A stretch of DNA of 64,000 bases from Candidatus Zhuqueibacterota bacterium (GCA_049322915.1 JBMOPW010000014.1:1-64000); one strand, 5' to 3'. Positions 1-10,141 are shown, counted from the stretch's first letter. Made by a program: numbers and translations. The notes: generated by a model from the letters alone, not told the origin.

Positions 1-139
1 AAAATTTAAGCCCAAATTGCAAAACGCTTGACTCTAATTTGCAGGCTTTTTATATTAACGCTAAACCACCTGTGCAGGTGGGGAATATGTTTGCCCCGCT
101 AGTGGGGAATATGATTGCCCTTGACATTATCTCAAAATT

Positions 140-510
140 TTGTATATATATTCTAAATATAATATAAAGAAAATAAAAAATAGTTATAGTTATAGTAGTG
201 TTGATAAGCTGATTAATTATGAAAATCTCTTTATATCTCATATAAAAATTTTATCATAGAAATATACTTGTCATGTGAATAACTTCTACTTTTTTGTTGA
301 CTCGTTGTTTACAATTTATTAATTCATTCACGAAGTATTTTGACTTTTAGAATTTGATTCGAAAACACGGTTTTATTCACTTCGGTTAATATAGATTTCG
401 ATAGATATGTGGGTAATTTGTGAATAGCTACGACTGATATATGTTTATGTAGAAAAATGTGGTTAACATCCTTTATTAATCGTTGGTAGATATAAAGGAT
501 GTTGATAAGG
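140..510. other. oriC: oriC sub-region downstream of dnaA (DnaA boxes plus AT-rich unwinding element)
   Basis: Non-coding and very AT-rich. DnaA-box-like 9-mers: TGTTGATAA 199-207 and 500-508, TGTGAATAA 274-282, TGTGGGTAA 408-416, TGTGAATAG 419-427, TGTGGTTAA 458-466. A/T tract at about 140-180. Confidence 0.8.
181..207. promoter_or_regulatory. DnaA-trio array adjacent to a DnaA box
   Basis: TAG TTA TAG TTA TAG TAG (181-198) directly abuts TGTTGATAA (199-207), as in the basal unwinding system described for Bacillus subtilis oriC. Confidence 0.7.
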
Positions 511-541
511 TGAGGATTTTCAGTTTTAATTTTTAGAGCTA

Positions 542-1909
542 TTAAAGACTGGCAATTTCAATTTTTCGTTCAAGGGTGGACAAATCTTCTTTAAAAGATT
601 TGTCCTGCCTTTTCATTTGATCGATTGTCTGAATTGCATGAACAACAGTGGAATGATCTCGACCACCAAAGTGTAATCCGATTGTCTTTAATGAATGGGA
701 TGTAATTTTTTTTGCCAAATACATGGAGACCTGCCGGGCCATGGCCACCTCTTTCTTTCTGTTTTTTGCTCGAATGAGGTCTTCTGGAATTAAATAATGC
801 TCGCACACAATACGTTGAATCTCTTCAATGCTGAGGTTGCGTTTCGAGCCAAGGCTGAGGTCCTTTAATACACTCTTCGCAAGCTCAATTGTGATATCTT
901 TTCCCTGGAGAGAAGACATAGCAAATAATCTGATAAGCGATCCTTCAAGCTCACGAATATTTGAAGTGATATTCGTGGCAAAAAGATGAATAATCTCCTG
1001 AGGAAGCGTGAGATTATTTTCCTCAGCTTTCTTCTGTAAAATGGCAATTCTGGTTTCAAGATCCGGTGGCTGAATATCAACAACCAAGCCCCATTGAAAT
1101 CGCGAGATAAGTCTTTCTTCCATTCCCTTAAGTTCTTTAGGTGGACGATCAGAAGTCAGCACTATTTGTTTTCCCTTTTGGTGAAGTGTATTAAATGTAT
1201 GGAAAAACTCTTCCTGTGTTCTTTCTTTATTCGTAAAAAACTGAATGTCATCAACAAGGAGGACATCGACATTTCTGTAATTATTACTAAATTCAGTTGT
1301 CTTGTTATTTTGAATGGAATCAATAAATTCAATAGTAAATTTTTCACTCGATACATATAAAACCCGTTTCACCAATCCTTCGGATTTGGCGTGGTTACCA
1401 ATCGCCTGAATCAGATGAGTTTTTCCTAATCCAACGCCTCCATAAATCACGAGAGGATTGAACGTTGTTTTACCTGGAGATTGTGAAACAGCAACAGAAG
1501 CTGCTCTAGCGAATTGATTATTATTACCTTCGACAAAATTTCCAAATGTATAACGAACACTCAACTGGCTTTCAAAATCCACGTTGGCATTCGAAGTGCT
1601 TTTTTGAGGTGGTATATTAATTATGTCCTCAGAACCATTAATTACCTCTGATTTGTTATTTACGACAATTGAATAAAGCAACTCCGCGTCATCCCCAATG
1701 ATTTTCTGGAGCGCCCGATTTATCAGTTCCTTGTAGTGAGTTTCTAAAAACTCATAAAAAAACTGACTCGGAATTTGAACGGTGAGTTTATTATTACTAA
1801 AGTTAATCGGTTTAATAGGCTTGAACCATGTAATAAAAGTTTGGTCGTTCAAATTTTCCTTGATGTTGGACAGAAAGTTCGTCCAGATGTCAACATATTT
1901 TGGTGTCAT
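542..1909 (-). CDS. dnaA: chromosomal replication initiator DnaA
   Basis: Walker A GGVGLGKT, LLVDDIQF, SNIRELEG, and C-terminal DNA-binding motif FGGRDHSTVVHA. Confidence 0.99.
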   Translation of the reverse strand: MTPKYVDIWTNFLSNIKENLNDQTFITWFKPIKPINFSNNKLTVQIPSQFFYEFLETHYKELINRALQKIIGDDAELLYSIVVNNKSEVINGSEDIINIPPQKSTSNANVDFESQLSVRYTFGNFVEGNNNQFARAASVAVSQSPGKTTFNPLVIYGGVGLGKTHLIQAIGNHAKSEGLVKRVLYVSSEKFTIEFIDSIQNNKTTEFSNNYRNVDVLLVDDIQFFTNKERTQEEFFHTFNTLHQKGKQIVLTSDRPPKELKGMEERLISRFQWGLVVDIQPPDLETRIAILQKKAEENNLTLPQEIIHLFATNITSNIRELEGSLIRLFAMSSLQGKDITIELAKSVLKDLSLGSKRNLSIEEIQRIVCEHYLIPEDLIRAKNRKKEVAMARQVSMYLAKKITSHSLKTIGLHFGGRDHSTVVHAIQTIDQMKRQDKSFKEDLSTLERKIEIASL

Positions 1910-1940
1910 TTTGGGATGCCTTAATGATTAGGATAGAAGA

Positions 1941-2188
1941 TTATCCACAAGTTATCAACAATAAATTTAATTTATGGATAATATAAAAATTCAATCTTTA
2001 ATTATTATTAAGTTAGAAAAATCGATTAGGAAAAGCATTAATTGGATTAATGAAATCAGTAAACGTAAATAATTTAATCACCTAATGAATTTAAAAACGC
2101 CAGATTAGATTGTCATTTATCGGATCAGTTTCAAAGAGGATGGTGGTTAATAAGTGCCCTGTTTATATATTTGTGTAAGTTATCAACA
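1941..2188. promoter_or_regulatory. DnaA-box cluster upstream of dnaA (autoregulation or second oriC sub-region)
   Basis: Perfect TTATCCACA at 1941-1949, TTATCAACA at 1952-1960 and 2180-2188, and TATGGATAA at 1973-1981, all within the AT-rich dnaA-rpmH spacer. Confidence 0.8.
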
Positions 2189-2411
2189 TTTTATAAAACA
2201 AGTTTGCTATATCGATTTAAATAAATTTATAAATTAAAATTCAAATGTCAAATGAAAAATTATCAGAAGTAAAAAATAGTTAAAAAAACTAAACAGTTTA
2301 CTTGATTAGATTTGATACTCAAAAATAATCATCCTAAAAATTCTGGCTGATTACAATAGTGCTGAATTAACCCATCAGGCAGAAATGCATTTTCTTAATC
2401 ATAAAAAAAAC

Positions 2412-2440
2412 TTGACTTTTATTTAAAATTTTAATACTTT
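2412..2440 (+). promoter_or_regulatory. sigma70-type promoter of the rpmH operon
   Basis: TTGACT-N17-TACTTT about 60 nt upstream of the rpmH ATG. Confidence 0.55.
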
Positions 2441-2502
2441 CATTGGTTTAATTTTTGATAGTTCAGATTATTTCGTTGTAAACAAATTATAAGGAATTTA
2501 GA

Positions 2503-2646
2503 ATGAAACGGACATTCCAACCTAGTCGAAGAAAACGAGCGAATAAGCATGGGTTTCGAGAAAGAATGAGCACGAAAAACGGGCGGCTGGTCTTAAAGAG
2601 AAGAAAGGCTAAAGGCAGAAAAAAATTGACCGTTAGTGATGAATAA
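2503..2646 (+). CDS. rpmH: 50S ribosomal protein L34 (47 aa; absent from the ORF track)
   Basis: Translated by hand: [55 protein letters not shown]; canonical position divergent from dnaA. Confidence 0.98.
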   Translation: MKRTFQPSRRKRANKHGFRERMSTKNGRLVLKRRKAKGRKKLTVSDE

Positions 2647-2663
2647 TCCTTGTCAACAATTTC

Positions 2664-3014
2664 ATGATCGTGAATAAAGAAAGCAATAACAAACTGTCAA
2701 AGAAAAATATTCTCAAAGGCAAGGAGAAATTTGACGCGATATTTAAGTTCGGAAAACTGATTTCTGGAAAAAATATCAATATTATTTTCTTAGATAGTGA
2801 AGTTGCTTTGATTGGCTTTGTCGTCTCAAGAAAAGTGAAAAATGCAATCCAAAGAAACTACTTTAAGAGGGTGTTGAGAGAAATATATAGGTTGAATAAA
2901 ATTCATTTTCCTGAGAATAAAGAGATGGTACTGATTGCGAAGGGTAAAGAGCAAAGTCTGGCTACTCTGCAGCAAGAGGTTCTAAACCTATTGAAAACAA
3001 ATTTCAATATATAG
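2664..3014 (+). CDS. rnpA: ribonuclease P protein component
   Basis: GFVVSRKVKNAIQRNYFKRVLREIYR (RNR-like motif); synteny after rpmH. Confidence 0.93.
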   Translation: MIVNKESNNKLSKKNILKGKEKFDAIFKFGKLISGKNINIIFLDSEVALIGFVVSRKVKNAIQRNYFKRVLREIYRLNKIHFPENKEMVLIAKGKEQSLATLQQEVLNLLKTNFNI

Positions 3015-3056
3015 TGTATTGCAGTATTTTTGCCTCAATATATAGAGTTGTTATCA

Positions 3057-3266
3057 ATGAAATATTTATTAATGGCAATTATTAAGTTTTACCAAAAGGC
3101 GATTTCGCCTTTTTTTTTACCATCATGTCGATTTATCCCAACATGCTCTGAATATTCATATCAGGCTATCAATAAATACGGTATATTTAAAGGTCTCGCC
3201 TTGGCGGTCTGGAGGATTTTACGGTGCAATCCGTTCAATAAAGGCGGAGATGACCCATTAGTTTAG
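3057..3266 (+). CDS. yidD: membrane protein insertion efficiency factor YidD
   Basis: CRFIPTCSEY and RILRCNPF...GGDDP motifs. ATG 3057 preferred over TTG 3030. Confidence 0.95.
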   Translation: MKYLLMAIIKFYQKAISPFFLPSCRFIPTCSEYSYQAINKYGIFKGLALAVWRILRCNPFNKGGDDPLV

Positions 3267-3289
3267 CTTTATTAACATAGGAATACATA

Positions 3290-5131
3290 ATGGATAAACG
3301 TACTATTATTGCTTTTGTTTTGATTGGCATTATACTACTCATCATGAGAACAGATTTATATCGCGATATTGTTATGCCTGATCAAAAAGTGATAACATCA
3401 GATTCTTTCCAAGATTCCACTAAAATAGATGTATCTTCGGAAGACTTGAATAAGCAACAAAAAGAAGTTGTGGGAGATCAGGACAAAACAGCCATTGTCA
3501 AGAGCAATTCGTTCGACAAGAGCAGACAGATCATTCTGTCATCAAAGAAAGATGTTGTGAAAGAAGATGTGGTTGTTGAAACAGACCTCTATTCGGCAAA
3601 GATCAATTCTCTTGGCGCAGTCGTTTCAAGTTGGGCGTTGAAAAACTATAAATATGATGGTGAAGAACAGGTTCAACTTATCAAGAACGAAGGGCATGGC
3701 AATCTGGGGTTGTATTTCATAATAGATGAGGACACACTTTTCACATATGATGCAGTGTTCGAACCGGATAAAAACAATATTTCATTCGACAATCAATCTG
3801 AAGACAGTGTGAAATTCTCCTTGGATCTGGGTGATGGTAGACAAATAATTAAAACGTACAAATTTTACAAAGATCAATATGTTGTCGATCTAACTGTAGA
3901 GATGAAGAAAATTCCTGTTGAATTTGATAATCATCAATACTTCATTGGATGGAAATCTGGGCTTAATTATACAGAATTGGATTACTCGAATTTAATCGAT
4001 AAAGAAGACATTGGAAATGCAAAGGCTTATATTTATCAAGGAGGAAGCAAAGAAGAATTATCACTTCCAAATAAACCAAATGAACAAAAGACCAGATCGG
4101 ATTTTAGTGGGGTTGTCGATTGGGCGGCGGTGAGGACAAAATATTTTGCGATGGTGATTTTGCCAGATAAGCAATTTGATATTGAGCCGATACTTTATGG
4201 AAGGACTTACTCAATTTATGATGATCCGAATTTAAAGGACAGAGTTGAGAAAGAGTACTCTGTAACACTTAAAACAAACATCCCCCCATCAAAACTTGAC
4301 AATGTCACCCACACGTTTCGAGTATATATTGGTCCATTAGATTACTCGATTATAAAAAATTATCATCCTACATTGGCGAAAATCATGGACTTCGGGATGT
4401 CCATCATTCGACCGTTCGCGAAGCTGGTATTATATTCTTTTCTTTTTATACACGATTTTATTCCTAATTATGGAATCGTTCTCATAGTATTCTCCATACT
4501 TATTAAGATACTTGTTTCACCGTTAACTCGGAAAAGCTTCGTCTCCATGCAAAAAATGCAATCGCTGCAGCCAAAAATGAATGAGTTGAAAGAGAAATAT
4601 GCAAAGGATCCAAAGCGTCTCAATACTGAAACGATGAAGTTATACAAAGAAGAAGGCATAAATCCTATGAGCGGTTGCTTGCCGACGTTGTTGCAACTAC
4701 CGCTATTGTGGGCAGTATTTATTATTTTTAGAAATACAATAGAATTACGGGGTGCAGAATTCGTGTGGTGGATTAATGATCTTTCTGCTCCTGATACGAT
4801 ATTTCAATTGCCCTTCTCAATACCATTTTATGGAAACCTGGTTAATATCCTACCCATCGTAATGGGGGTATCCATGTTTATTCAACAGAAAATGACCATG
4901 AAAGATCCTAAGCAGAAGGCAATGGTCTATTTTATGCCGATATTTTTTACTCTGCTTTTTAATACGTTTCCATCAGGTTTAAATTTGTACTATACATTAT
5001 TCAATTTCTTCACAATTCTGCAACAGAAGTTTACTCCTGAAAAAAAAATTGACACTGGATTTTCTGCGGCTCCAAAACAAGTTCAGGAGAGTAATAAAAA
5101 TATAAAAGGGAAGTCTCCCAAGAAAAAGTAG
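3290..5131 (+). CDS. yidC: membrane protein insertase YidC
   Basis: N-terminal TM, periplasmic domain, NPMSGCLPTLLQLPLL, WINDLSAPD and PSGLNLYY motifs. Confidence 0.98.
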   Translation: MDKRTIIAFVLIGIILLIMRTDLYRDIVMPDQKVITSDSFQDSTKIDVSSEDLNKQQKEVVGDQDKTAIVKSNSFDKSRQIILSSKKDVVKEDVVVETDLYSAKINSLGAVVSSWALKNYKYDGEEQVQLIKNEGHGNLGLYFIIDEDTLFTYDAVFEPDKNNISFDNQSEDSVKFSLDLGDGRQIIKTYKFYKDQYVVDLTVEMKKIPVEFDNHQYFIGWKSGLNYTELDYSNLIDKEDIGNAKAYIYQGGSKEELSLPNKPNEQKTRSDFSGVVDWAAVRTKYFAMVILPDKQFDIEPILYGRTYSIYDDPNLKDRVEKEYSVTLKTNIPPSKLDNVTHTFRVYIGPLDYSIIKNYHPTLAKIMDFGMSIIRPFAKLVLYSFLFIHDFIPNYGIVLIVFSILIKILVSPLTRKSFVSMQKMQSLQPKMNELKEKYAKDPKRLNTETMKLYKEEGINPMSGCLPTLLQLPLLWAVFIIFRNTIELRGAEFVWWINDLSAPDTIFQLPFSIPFYGNLVNILPIVMGVSMFIQQKMTMKDPKQKAMVYFMPIFFTLLFNTFPSGLNLYYTLFNFFTILQQKFTPEKKIDTGFSAAPKQVQESNKNIKGKSPKKK

Positions 5132-5159
5132 TCTACAACAAAGAGAATAAGAATTAATG

Positions 5160-5192
5160 AAAGCCCTATCGTATTTTTTGGTGGGGCTTTTT
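5160..5192 (+). terminator. intrinsic terminator after yidC
   Basis: AAAGCCCTATC...GGTGGGGCTTT stem (with G-U pairs) followed by a T tract. Confidence 0.6.
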
Positions 5193-5206
5193 ATCTGATA
5201 CGTAAA

Positions 5207-6592
5207 ATGAAATTAGTTCACGACAAAACCATTGCAGCAATTTCAACGCCGCCCGGCCAGGGGGGAATTGCAATAATTAGAATGAGCGGCCCGGACACAA
5301 TTTCTATCATAGATAAAATATTTGTGGGAAAAAAAAGGGCTGCTCAACTGGAGCCCTGGAAAGCAAATTTGGGCAAGATTTACGATGAGAAGGTCGTGGT
5401 TGATGAAGTTATCGTGACACTATTTAATGCTCCAAATTCTTATACCAGGGAAGATATGGCAGAAATTAACTGTCATGGGAGCACGTATGTATCAATAACA
5501 ATTCTTGAATTATTGATTAAACACGGTGCTAAGCTTGCAATGCCGGGTGAGTTTACCTTTCGAGCTTTCATGAATGGCCGATTGGATTTATCCCAGGCAG
5601 AGGCTATTGGCAGTTTGATACAAGCAAAAACAGCATCAAGTCTCCATGCATCAATGGCACAATTAGAAGGCAAGTTGTCTTCTAAAATCTCAGAAATTCG
5701 TTCTGAACTTGTAGACTTGTGCTCGCTGATAGAATTGGAATTAGATTTTGCAGAAGAAGATGTAGAGTTTGTAAGTCGAGAGGATTTCGTTCATTCATTA
5801 AATTTAGTCGAAGAGAAAATAATTGGACTAATACAAACCTATAAAATGGGGAGAATTGCCAGGGAAGGGATTCGGGTTGTTATCGCTGGCAAACCGAATG
5901 TCGGAAAATCAAGCCTTCTCAATCGAATTGCAAATGAAAATCGCGCCATTGTCAATGAAATGCCCGGAACGACCAGAGATGTGATTGAGGTGCAGATTGA
6001 TTTACATGGCATCCTCTATACAATTTCTGACACTGCAGGAATCAAGGCGACGGATAATCCCGTTGAAAATGAGGGGATATTTCGTGCGAAAAGGATGGTT
6101 GAAATTGCCGATATAATTCTTCATGTTTTTGATGGCTCAATAAAATTAGAAAAAGAAGACAGAGACATCATGGTTGCGCTGAAAACTTCACCCGAGAAGA
6201 AAATATTTCGTCTCATCAATAAAATTGATAAAGCGCAAAACATCGACAAGGAGATGTTGATCAATGATGACATTCCCGTGTTTGAAGTTTCTGCCCATAC
6301 GGGCGAGGGAATTGAGCGTGTGAAAGAGGCGTTGACTACCATTACCGTTGAAAACAATCACGATATTTTTAATGAAGAGATAATTGTTACCGAAATCCGC
6401 CATGTACAAAATCTGAAACGATCCCTGCAGAGCGTACAACAGGCGAAAAAGGATGCGATGTTGAATGTATCTTCAGAATTTATCTCGGTCTATTTGAGGG
6501 AAGCGCTGGAATATTTGGGTAAGATAATTGGAGTTGTGACCAGCGAGGACATTTTAAATAACATCTTCTCAAAATTTTGCATTGGCAAATAG
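5207..6592 (+). CDS. mnmE: tRNA modification GTPase MnmE (TrmE)
   Basis: GKPNVGKSS, GTTRD, DTAG, NKID motifs and C-terminal FSKFCIGK. Confidence 0.98.
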   Translation: MKLVHDKTIAAISTPPGQGGIAIIRMSGPDTISIIDKIFVGKKRAAQLEPWKANLGKIYDEKVVVDEVIVTLFNAPNSYTREDMAEINCHGSTYVSITILELLIKHGAKLAMPGEFTFRAFMNGRLDLSQAEAIGSLIQAKTASSLHASMAQLEGKLSSKISEIRSELVDLCSLIELELDFAEEDVEFVSREDFVHSLNLVEEKIIGLIQTYKMGRIAREGIRVVIAGKPNVGKSSLLNRIANENRAIVNEMPGTTRDVIEVQIDLHGILYTISDTAGIKATDNPVENEGIFRAKRMVEIADIILHVFDGSIKLEKEDRDIMVALKTSPEKKIFRLINKIDKAQNIDKEMLINDDIPVFEVSAHTGEGIERVKEALTTITVENNHDIFNEEIIVTEIRHVQNLKRSLQSVQQAKKDAMLNVSSEFISVYLREALEYLGKIIGVVTSEDILNNIFSKFCIGK

Positions 6593-6595
6593 CTT

Positions 6596-6611
6596 TGTTT
6601 CACGTGAAACA
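6596..6611. promoter_or_regulatory. parS: parS centromere site (perfect consensus)
   Basis: TGTTTCACGTGAAACA, extending to an 18-bp palindrome at 6595-6612, between mnmE and mnmG. Confidence 0.95.
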
Positions 6612-6626
6612 ATAACTGGATTTTTT

Positions 6627-8507
6627 ATGTCATATAAAAAAGAAATTTTTGATGTGATCGTTGTCGGCGGTGGCCATGCCGGTTGTGAAGCAGCGCTTGC
6701 AGCGGCGCGAATGGGTGCGAAAACAGCGCTGATCACAATGAATATTTCAACAGTGGCGCAGATGTCGTGTAATCCGGCTATTGGCGGATTAGCAAAAGGA
6801 CATTTAGTCCGGGAACTGGATGCGCTTGGTGGAGAAATGGCTAAAGTAACTGATGCTGAAGGAATTCAATTCCGAATGCTCAATACTTCCAAGGGGCCGG
6901 CCGTCTGGTCCCTCCGCGCTCAGGCTGATCGTCAGGCGTATACAGCGCACATGCGTCGTGTCTTGGAGCACCAGGATAATCTGGAATTGAAACAGACAGA
7001 GGTGACAGAGATTCTGGTTGAAATGCGCCGTTGCGTTGGGGTCAAGACAGTTATTGGAACCGAAATTTCTGCCAGAGCGGTCATCCTTACGAACGGTACT
7101 TTTTTGAATGGACTGATTCATATTGGTCTGTTTAGCTATTCCGCAGGCCGCGCAGGAGAGTTTGCTGCAACGGGATTAACGGAGAATTTGATGGGCCTTG
7201 GATTTACTGCTGGTCGATTGAAGACGGGAACACCCCCTCGAATCGATGGGCGGTCGATTGATTTCGCAAGCATGACTATTCAGCATGGCGATGAAAATCC
7301 AGTCCCATTCTCGTTCCATACAAAAGAGCTTGCTGTTGAACAAATGCCTTGTTACCTGACATCGACAAACTCAAGGACGCACGAAATCATAAAATCGGGT
7401 TTAGACCGATCTCCGATATTTACTGGTAAAATTGTGGGCATTGGCCCAAGGTATTGTCCGTCTATTGAAACGAAGCTTGTTCAGTTTTCAGATAAAATCT
7501 CTCATCAATTATATCTGGAACCGGAAGGGCGAAATACAACCGAGTATTATTTGAATGGATTTGCGACAAGCATTCCTGAGGACATTCAAGTCGATGCTGT
7601 GCATTCGATTCCAGGGTTGGAGCGTGCTAAAATTACTCGGCTGGGATATGCCATCGAGTATGATTTCTTCCCATCGAATCAGCTTTTTGCCACGCTGGAA
7701 ACAAAACTCATAGAGAATTTATATTTTGCAGGGCAAATTAATGGTACATCAGGTTACGAAGAGGCAGCCGTACAGGGTTTTATGGCTGCCGTAAATGCCG
7801 TTCAAAAGTTAAATAGTCAAGCACCAGTAGTTTTGAGTCGGTCGCAGGCATACATTGGTGTTCTCATTGATGATTTAATCACTCGGGAAGTCACTGAGCC
7901 GTATCGGATGTTCACCTCGCTGGCAGAATATCGATTGATGCTAAGGCAGGACAATGCGGATTTAAGACTGGGTGAAATTGGCTATCGCCTGGGATTGAAT
8001 CGTGCGGATTTTTTCTCGCGCATACAAATAAAAAAAGAGTTGATTGAAAAATTGATCCGCGAAATGAGAGCAACTAGGGTAGCGCCAGTCGATGTGAATT
8101 CGATTCTTTTGAGCAAGCAAACAGCGCAAATTTCAGAGAAGGAAAGTATAGCTCAACTCATAAAGCGCCCTGAAATTAAAATTAAAGACCTACTGAAATT
8201 CATCCATTTTGTTTCGAGCGAAATAGACGTCAATGGAAAGTTGATGCAAGAAGTGTTGGACCAGGTGGAGATAGAAATAAAATATGAAGGTTACCTCAGT
8301 CGACAGAATGAGCAGGTGAGTCGATATGAAAAAATGGAAAATCAATTGATACCAGGTAGTTTTGATTATGAAGGTATCGGAGCGTTGTCGCGGGAAGCGC
8401 GCGAAAAATTGATAAAGATAAAGCCGAGGTCAGTCGGTCAGGCATCAAGAATCGCCGGGGTATCGCCGTCGGATGTCGCTGTGCTTCTAATTCATCTAAA
8501 AAAATGA
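6627..8507 (+). CDS. mnmG: tRNA uridine 5-carboxymethylaminomethyl modification enzyme MnmG (GidA)
   Basis: VVGGGHAGCEAA, MSCNPAIGG, GPRYCPSIE and GQINGTSGYEEAA motifs. Start moved to ATG 6627 because the upstream extension is just translated parS (VSRET). Confidence 0.98.
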   Translation: MSYKKEIFDVIVVGGGHAGCEAALAAARMGAKTALITMNISTVAQMSCNPAIGGLAKGHLVRELDALGGEMAKVTDAEGIQFRMLNTSKGPAVWSLRAQADRQAYTAHMRRVLEHQDNLELKQTEVTEILVEMRRCVGVKTVIGTEISARAVILTNGTFLNGLIHIGLFSYSAGRAGEFAATGLTENLMGLGFTAGRLKTGTPPRIDGRSIDFASMTIQHGDENPVPFSFHTKELAVEQMPCYLTSTNSRTHEIIKSGLDRSPIFTGKIVGIGPRYCPSIETKLVQFSDKISHQLYLEPEGRNTTEYYLNGFATSIPEDIQVDAVHSIPGLERAKITRLGYAIEYDFFPSNQLFATLETKLIENLYFAGQINGTSGYEEAAVQGFMAAVNAVQKLNSQAPVVLSRSQAYIGVLIDDLITREVTEPYRMFTSLAEYRLMLRQDNADLRLGEIGYRLGLNRADFFSRIQIKKELIEKLIREMRATRVAPVDVNSILLSKQTAQISEKESIAQLIKRPEIKIKDLLKFIHFVSSEIDVNGKLMQEVLDQVEIEIKYEGYLSRQNEQVSRYEKMENQLIPGSFDYEGIGALSREAREKLIKIKPRSVGQASRIAGVSPSDVAVLLIHLKK

Positions 8508-9205
8508 GAGAATTGTTTCACGTGAAACAAACCAAATCGACAAAAATAGTGGACAAGCTGTCGCTCCTTAAAATAGCGTCTGCGAAGACTGGCCTCGATT
8601 GGTCATTAGAAGCGGATAGCCGATTTGTAAAATTCATCAAGCTTATTCACGAATGGAACGCTCGAACAAATCTTGTTTCCCGTTTGGATGAATCACATTT
8701 GATAGATAGACATATTATGGAATCAATCGCCGTCCTGTCTGCTGTCGATATTGCTTCTGGCTCGAAGGTCGTTGATGTCGGAAGTGGGGGTGGGTTTCCG
8801 GCTTTGCCAGTTGCCTTTATGCGTGAAGATATCACTTTTGTTCTTGTAGAGTCCAAGCGTTTGAAATCTTTATTCCTCAAAGAGGTCGTTCTGGCGCTTG
8901 CATTAAAAAATGTGCAGGTTATTAATGAGCGTATCGAACAATTGGATAAGTTGAAACAATGGAATTCATTTTTTAATTTTTGCTTTAGTCGTGCAGTTGC
9001 AGATGTGGATATTGTTTATGACTGGATTAAAAACATTTTAACACAAGATGGTCTGTATATTGCCTGGAAGGGTGGCGATGTACAAAATGAAATTGACACC
9101 TTTCACAAGCGATATCCGGAAATATTTTTAAAAAGAATTGAGATGGATGAGCGGTTTGTTGATAAAGAAAAGAAAAGGTGTTTTATTGTTGTTTTGAAAA
9201 AATGA
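8504..9205 (+). CDS. rsmG: 16S rRNA m7G527 methyltransferase RsmG (GidB)
   Basis: WNARTNLVS, DVGSGGGFP, LVES, SRAV and KG motifs. ATGA overlap with mnmG; start not certain. Confidence 0.93.
   Translation: MRELFHVKQTKSTKIVDKLSLLKIASAKTGLDWSLEADSRFVKFIKLIHEWNARTNLVSRLDESHLIDRHIMESIAVLSAVDIASGSKVVDVGSGGGFPALPVAFMREDITFVLVESKRLKSLFLKEVVLALALKNVQVINERIEQLDKLKQWNSFFNFCFSRAVADVDIVYDWIKNILTQDGLYIAWKGGDVQNEIDTFHKRYPEIFLKRIEMDERFVDKEKKRCFIVVLKK
8514..8529. promoter_or_regulatory. parS: parS centromere site (perfect consensus)
   Basis: TGTTTCACGTGAAACA at the mnmG/rsmG junction; it reads FHVKQ in the rsmG frame. Confidence 0.95.
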
Positions 9206-9219
9206 AATGGAGGAAAAAA

Positions 9220-10131
9220 GTGGTTGCGAATCTATTTGATGAATTAAAAAACCTAGTCACTGAAACAGTGAATCCTGAAACGCGGGAGATTGATTCAAAA
9301 CCTATTGAGGAAATTTTAAAGATAATAAATAATGAAGATAAAATAATTCCTCACATTATTGAAAAAGAAATACCCTATATTGCAAAGGCAGTTGAGATAG
9401 TTGTGTCTGCGTTCAGGGCAGGTGGGCGATTGATTTATATCGGTGCTGGGACAAGTGGCCGACTTGGGGTCTTGGACGCCTCGGAGTGTCCACCCACTTT
9501 CGGGACTGATCCTGAAATGGTTCAGGGTATTATCGCCGGAGGGTATGCTGCGCTGACTCGCGCTCAAGAGGGGGCCGAAGATAAAAAAGAGGCGGGCGCT
9601 AAAGATTTGATGGCCCTGAATTTTAATAAAAATGATGTGGCCTGTGGTATTGCTGCCAGCCGCAGAACGCCGTACGTGATTGGCGCCATCGAAAAAGCAA
9701 AAGAAGTTGGTGCAAGGACAATTTATATCACCTGCACCCCACGCGAAGAGATGAATTTAAATGTCGATGTTGCTATTTGTCCTGTCGTTGGACCCGAAGT
9801 TATCATGGGATCAACCCGGATGAAGGCCGGTACCGCACAAAAACTTGTTTTGAATATGATTACAACATCGTCAATGATTCGGCTTGGAAAGGTGTATGGA
9901 AATTTGATGGTCGATCTACAGATGACTTCGAAGAAGTTGGAAGAAAGATCCAAGCGAACTGTTATGTTGGTCACTGGCGTGGAATATGAACAAGCAGCGA
10001 AAGTGCTGGAAGCGGCTGATGGCCACGTAAAGACTGCTTTGATTATGATATTAAAAAATGTTGATAAAAAGAAAGCACAGGAACGATTACGCTTAGCGGA
10101 TGGTTTTGTGCGCACAGCCCTGGAAAATTAA
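9220..10131 (+). CDS. murQ: N-acetylmuramic acid 6-phosphate etherase
   Basis: GAGTSGRLGVLDASECPPTFG and GSTRMKAGTAQKLVLNMITT motifs. GTG 9220 follows a GGAGG RBS. Confidence 0.96.
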   Translation: MVANLFDELKNLVTETVNPETREIDSKPIEEILKIINNEDKIIPHIIEKEIPYIAKAVEIVVSAFRAGGRLIYIGAGTSGRLGVLDASECPPTFGTDPEMVQGIIAGGYAALTRAQEGAEDKKEAGAKDLMALNFNKNDVACGIAASRRTPYVIGAIEKAKEVGARTIYITCTPREEMNLNVDVAICPVVGPEVIMGSTRMKAGTAQKLVLNMITTSSMIRLGKVYGNLMVDLQMTSKKLEERSKRTVMLVTGVEYEQAAKVLEAADGHVKTALIMILKNVDKKKAQERLRLADGFVRTALEN

Positions 10132-10141
10132 TTTTAAAATT

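Noticed and set aside
50..241. 63-aa minus-strand ORF
   Set aside because: It is a low-complexity translation of the AT-rich origin and DnaA-trio region.
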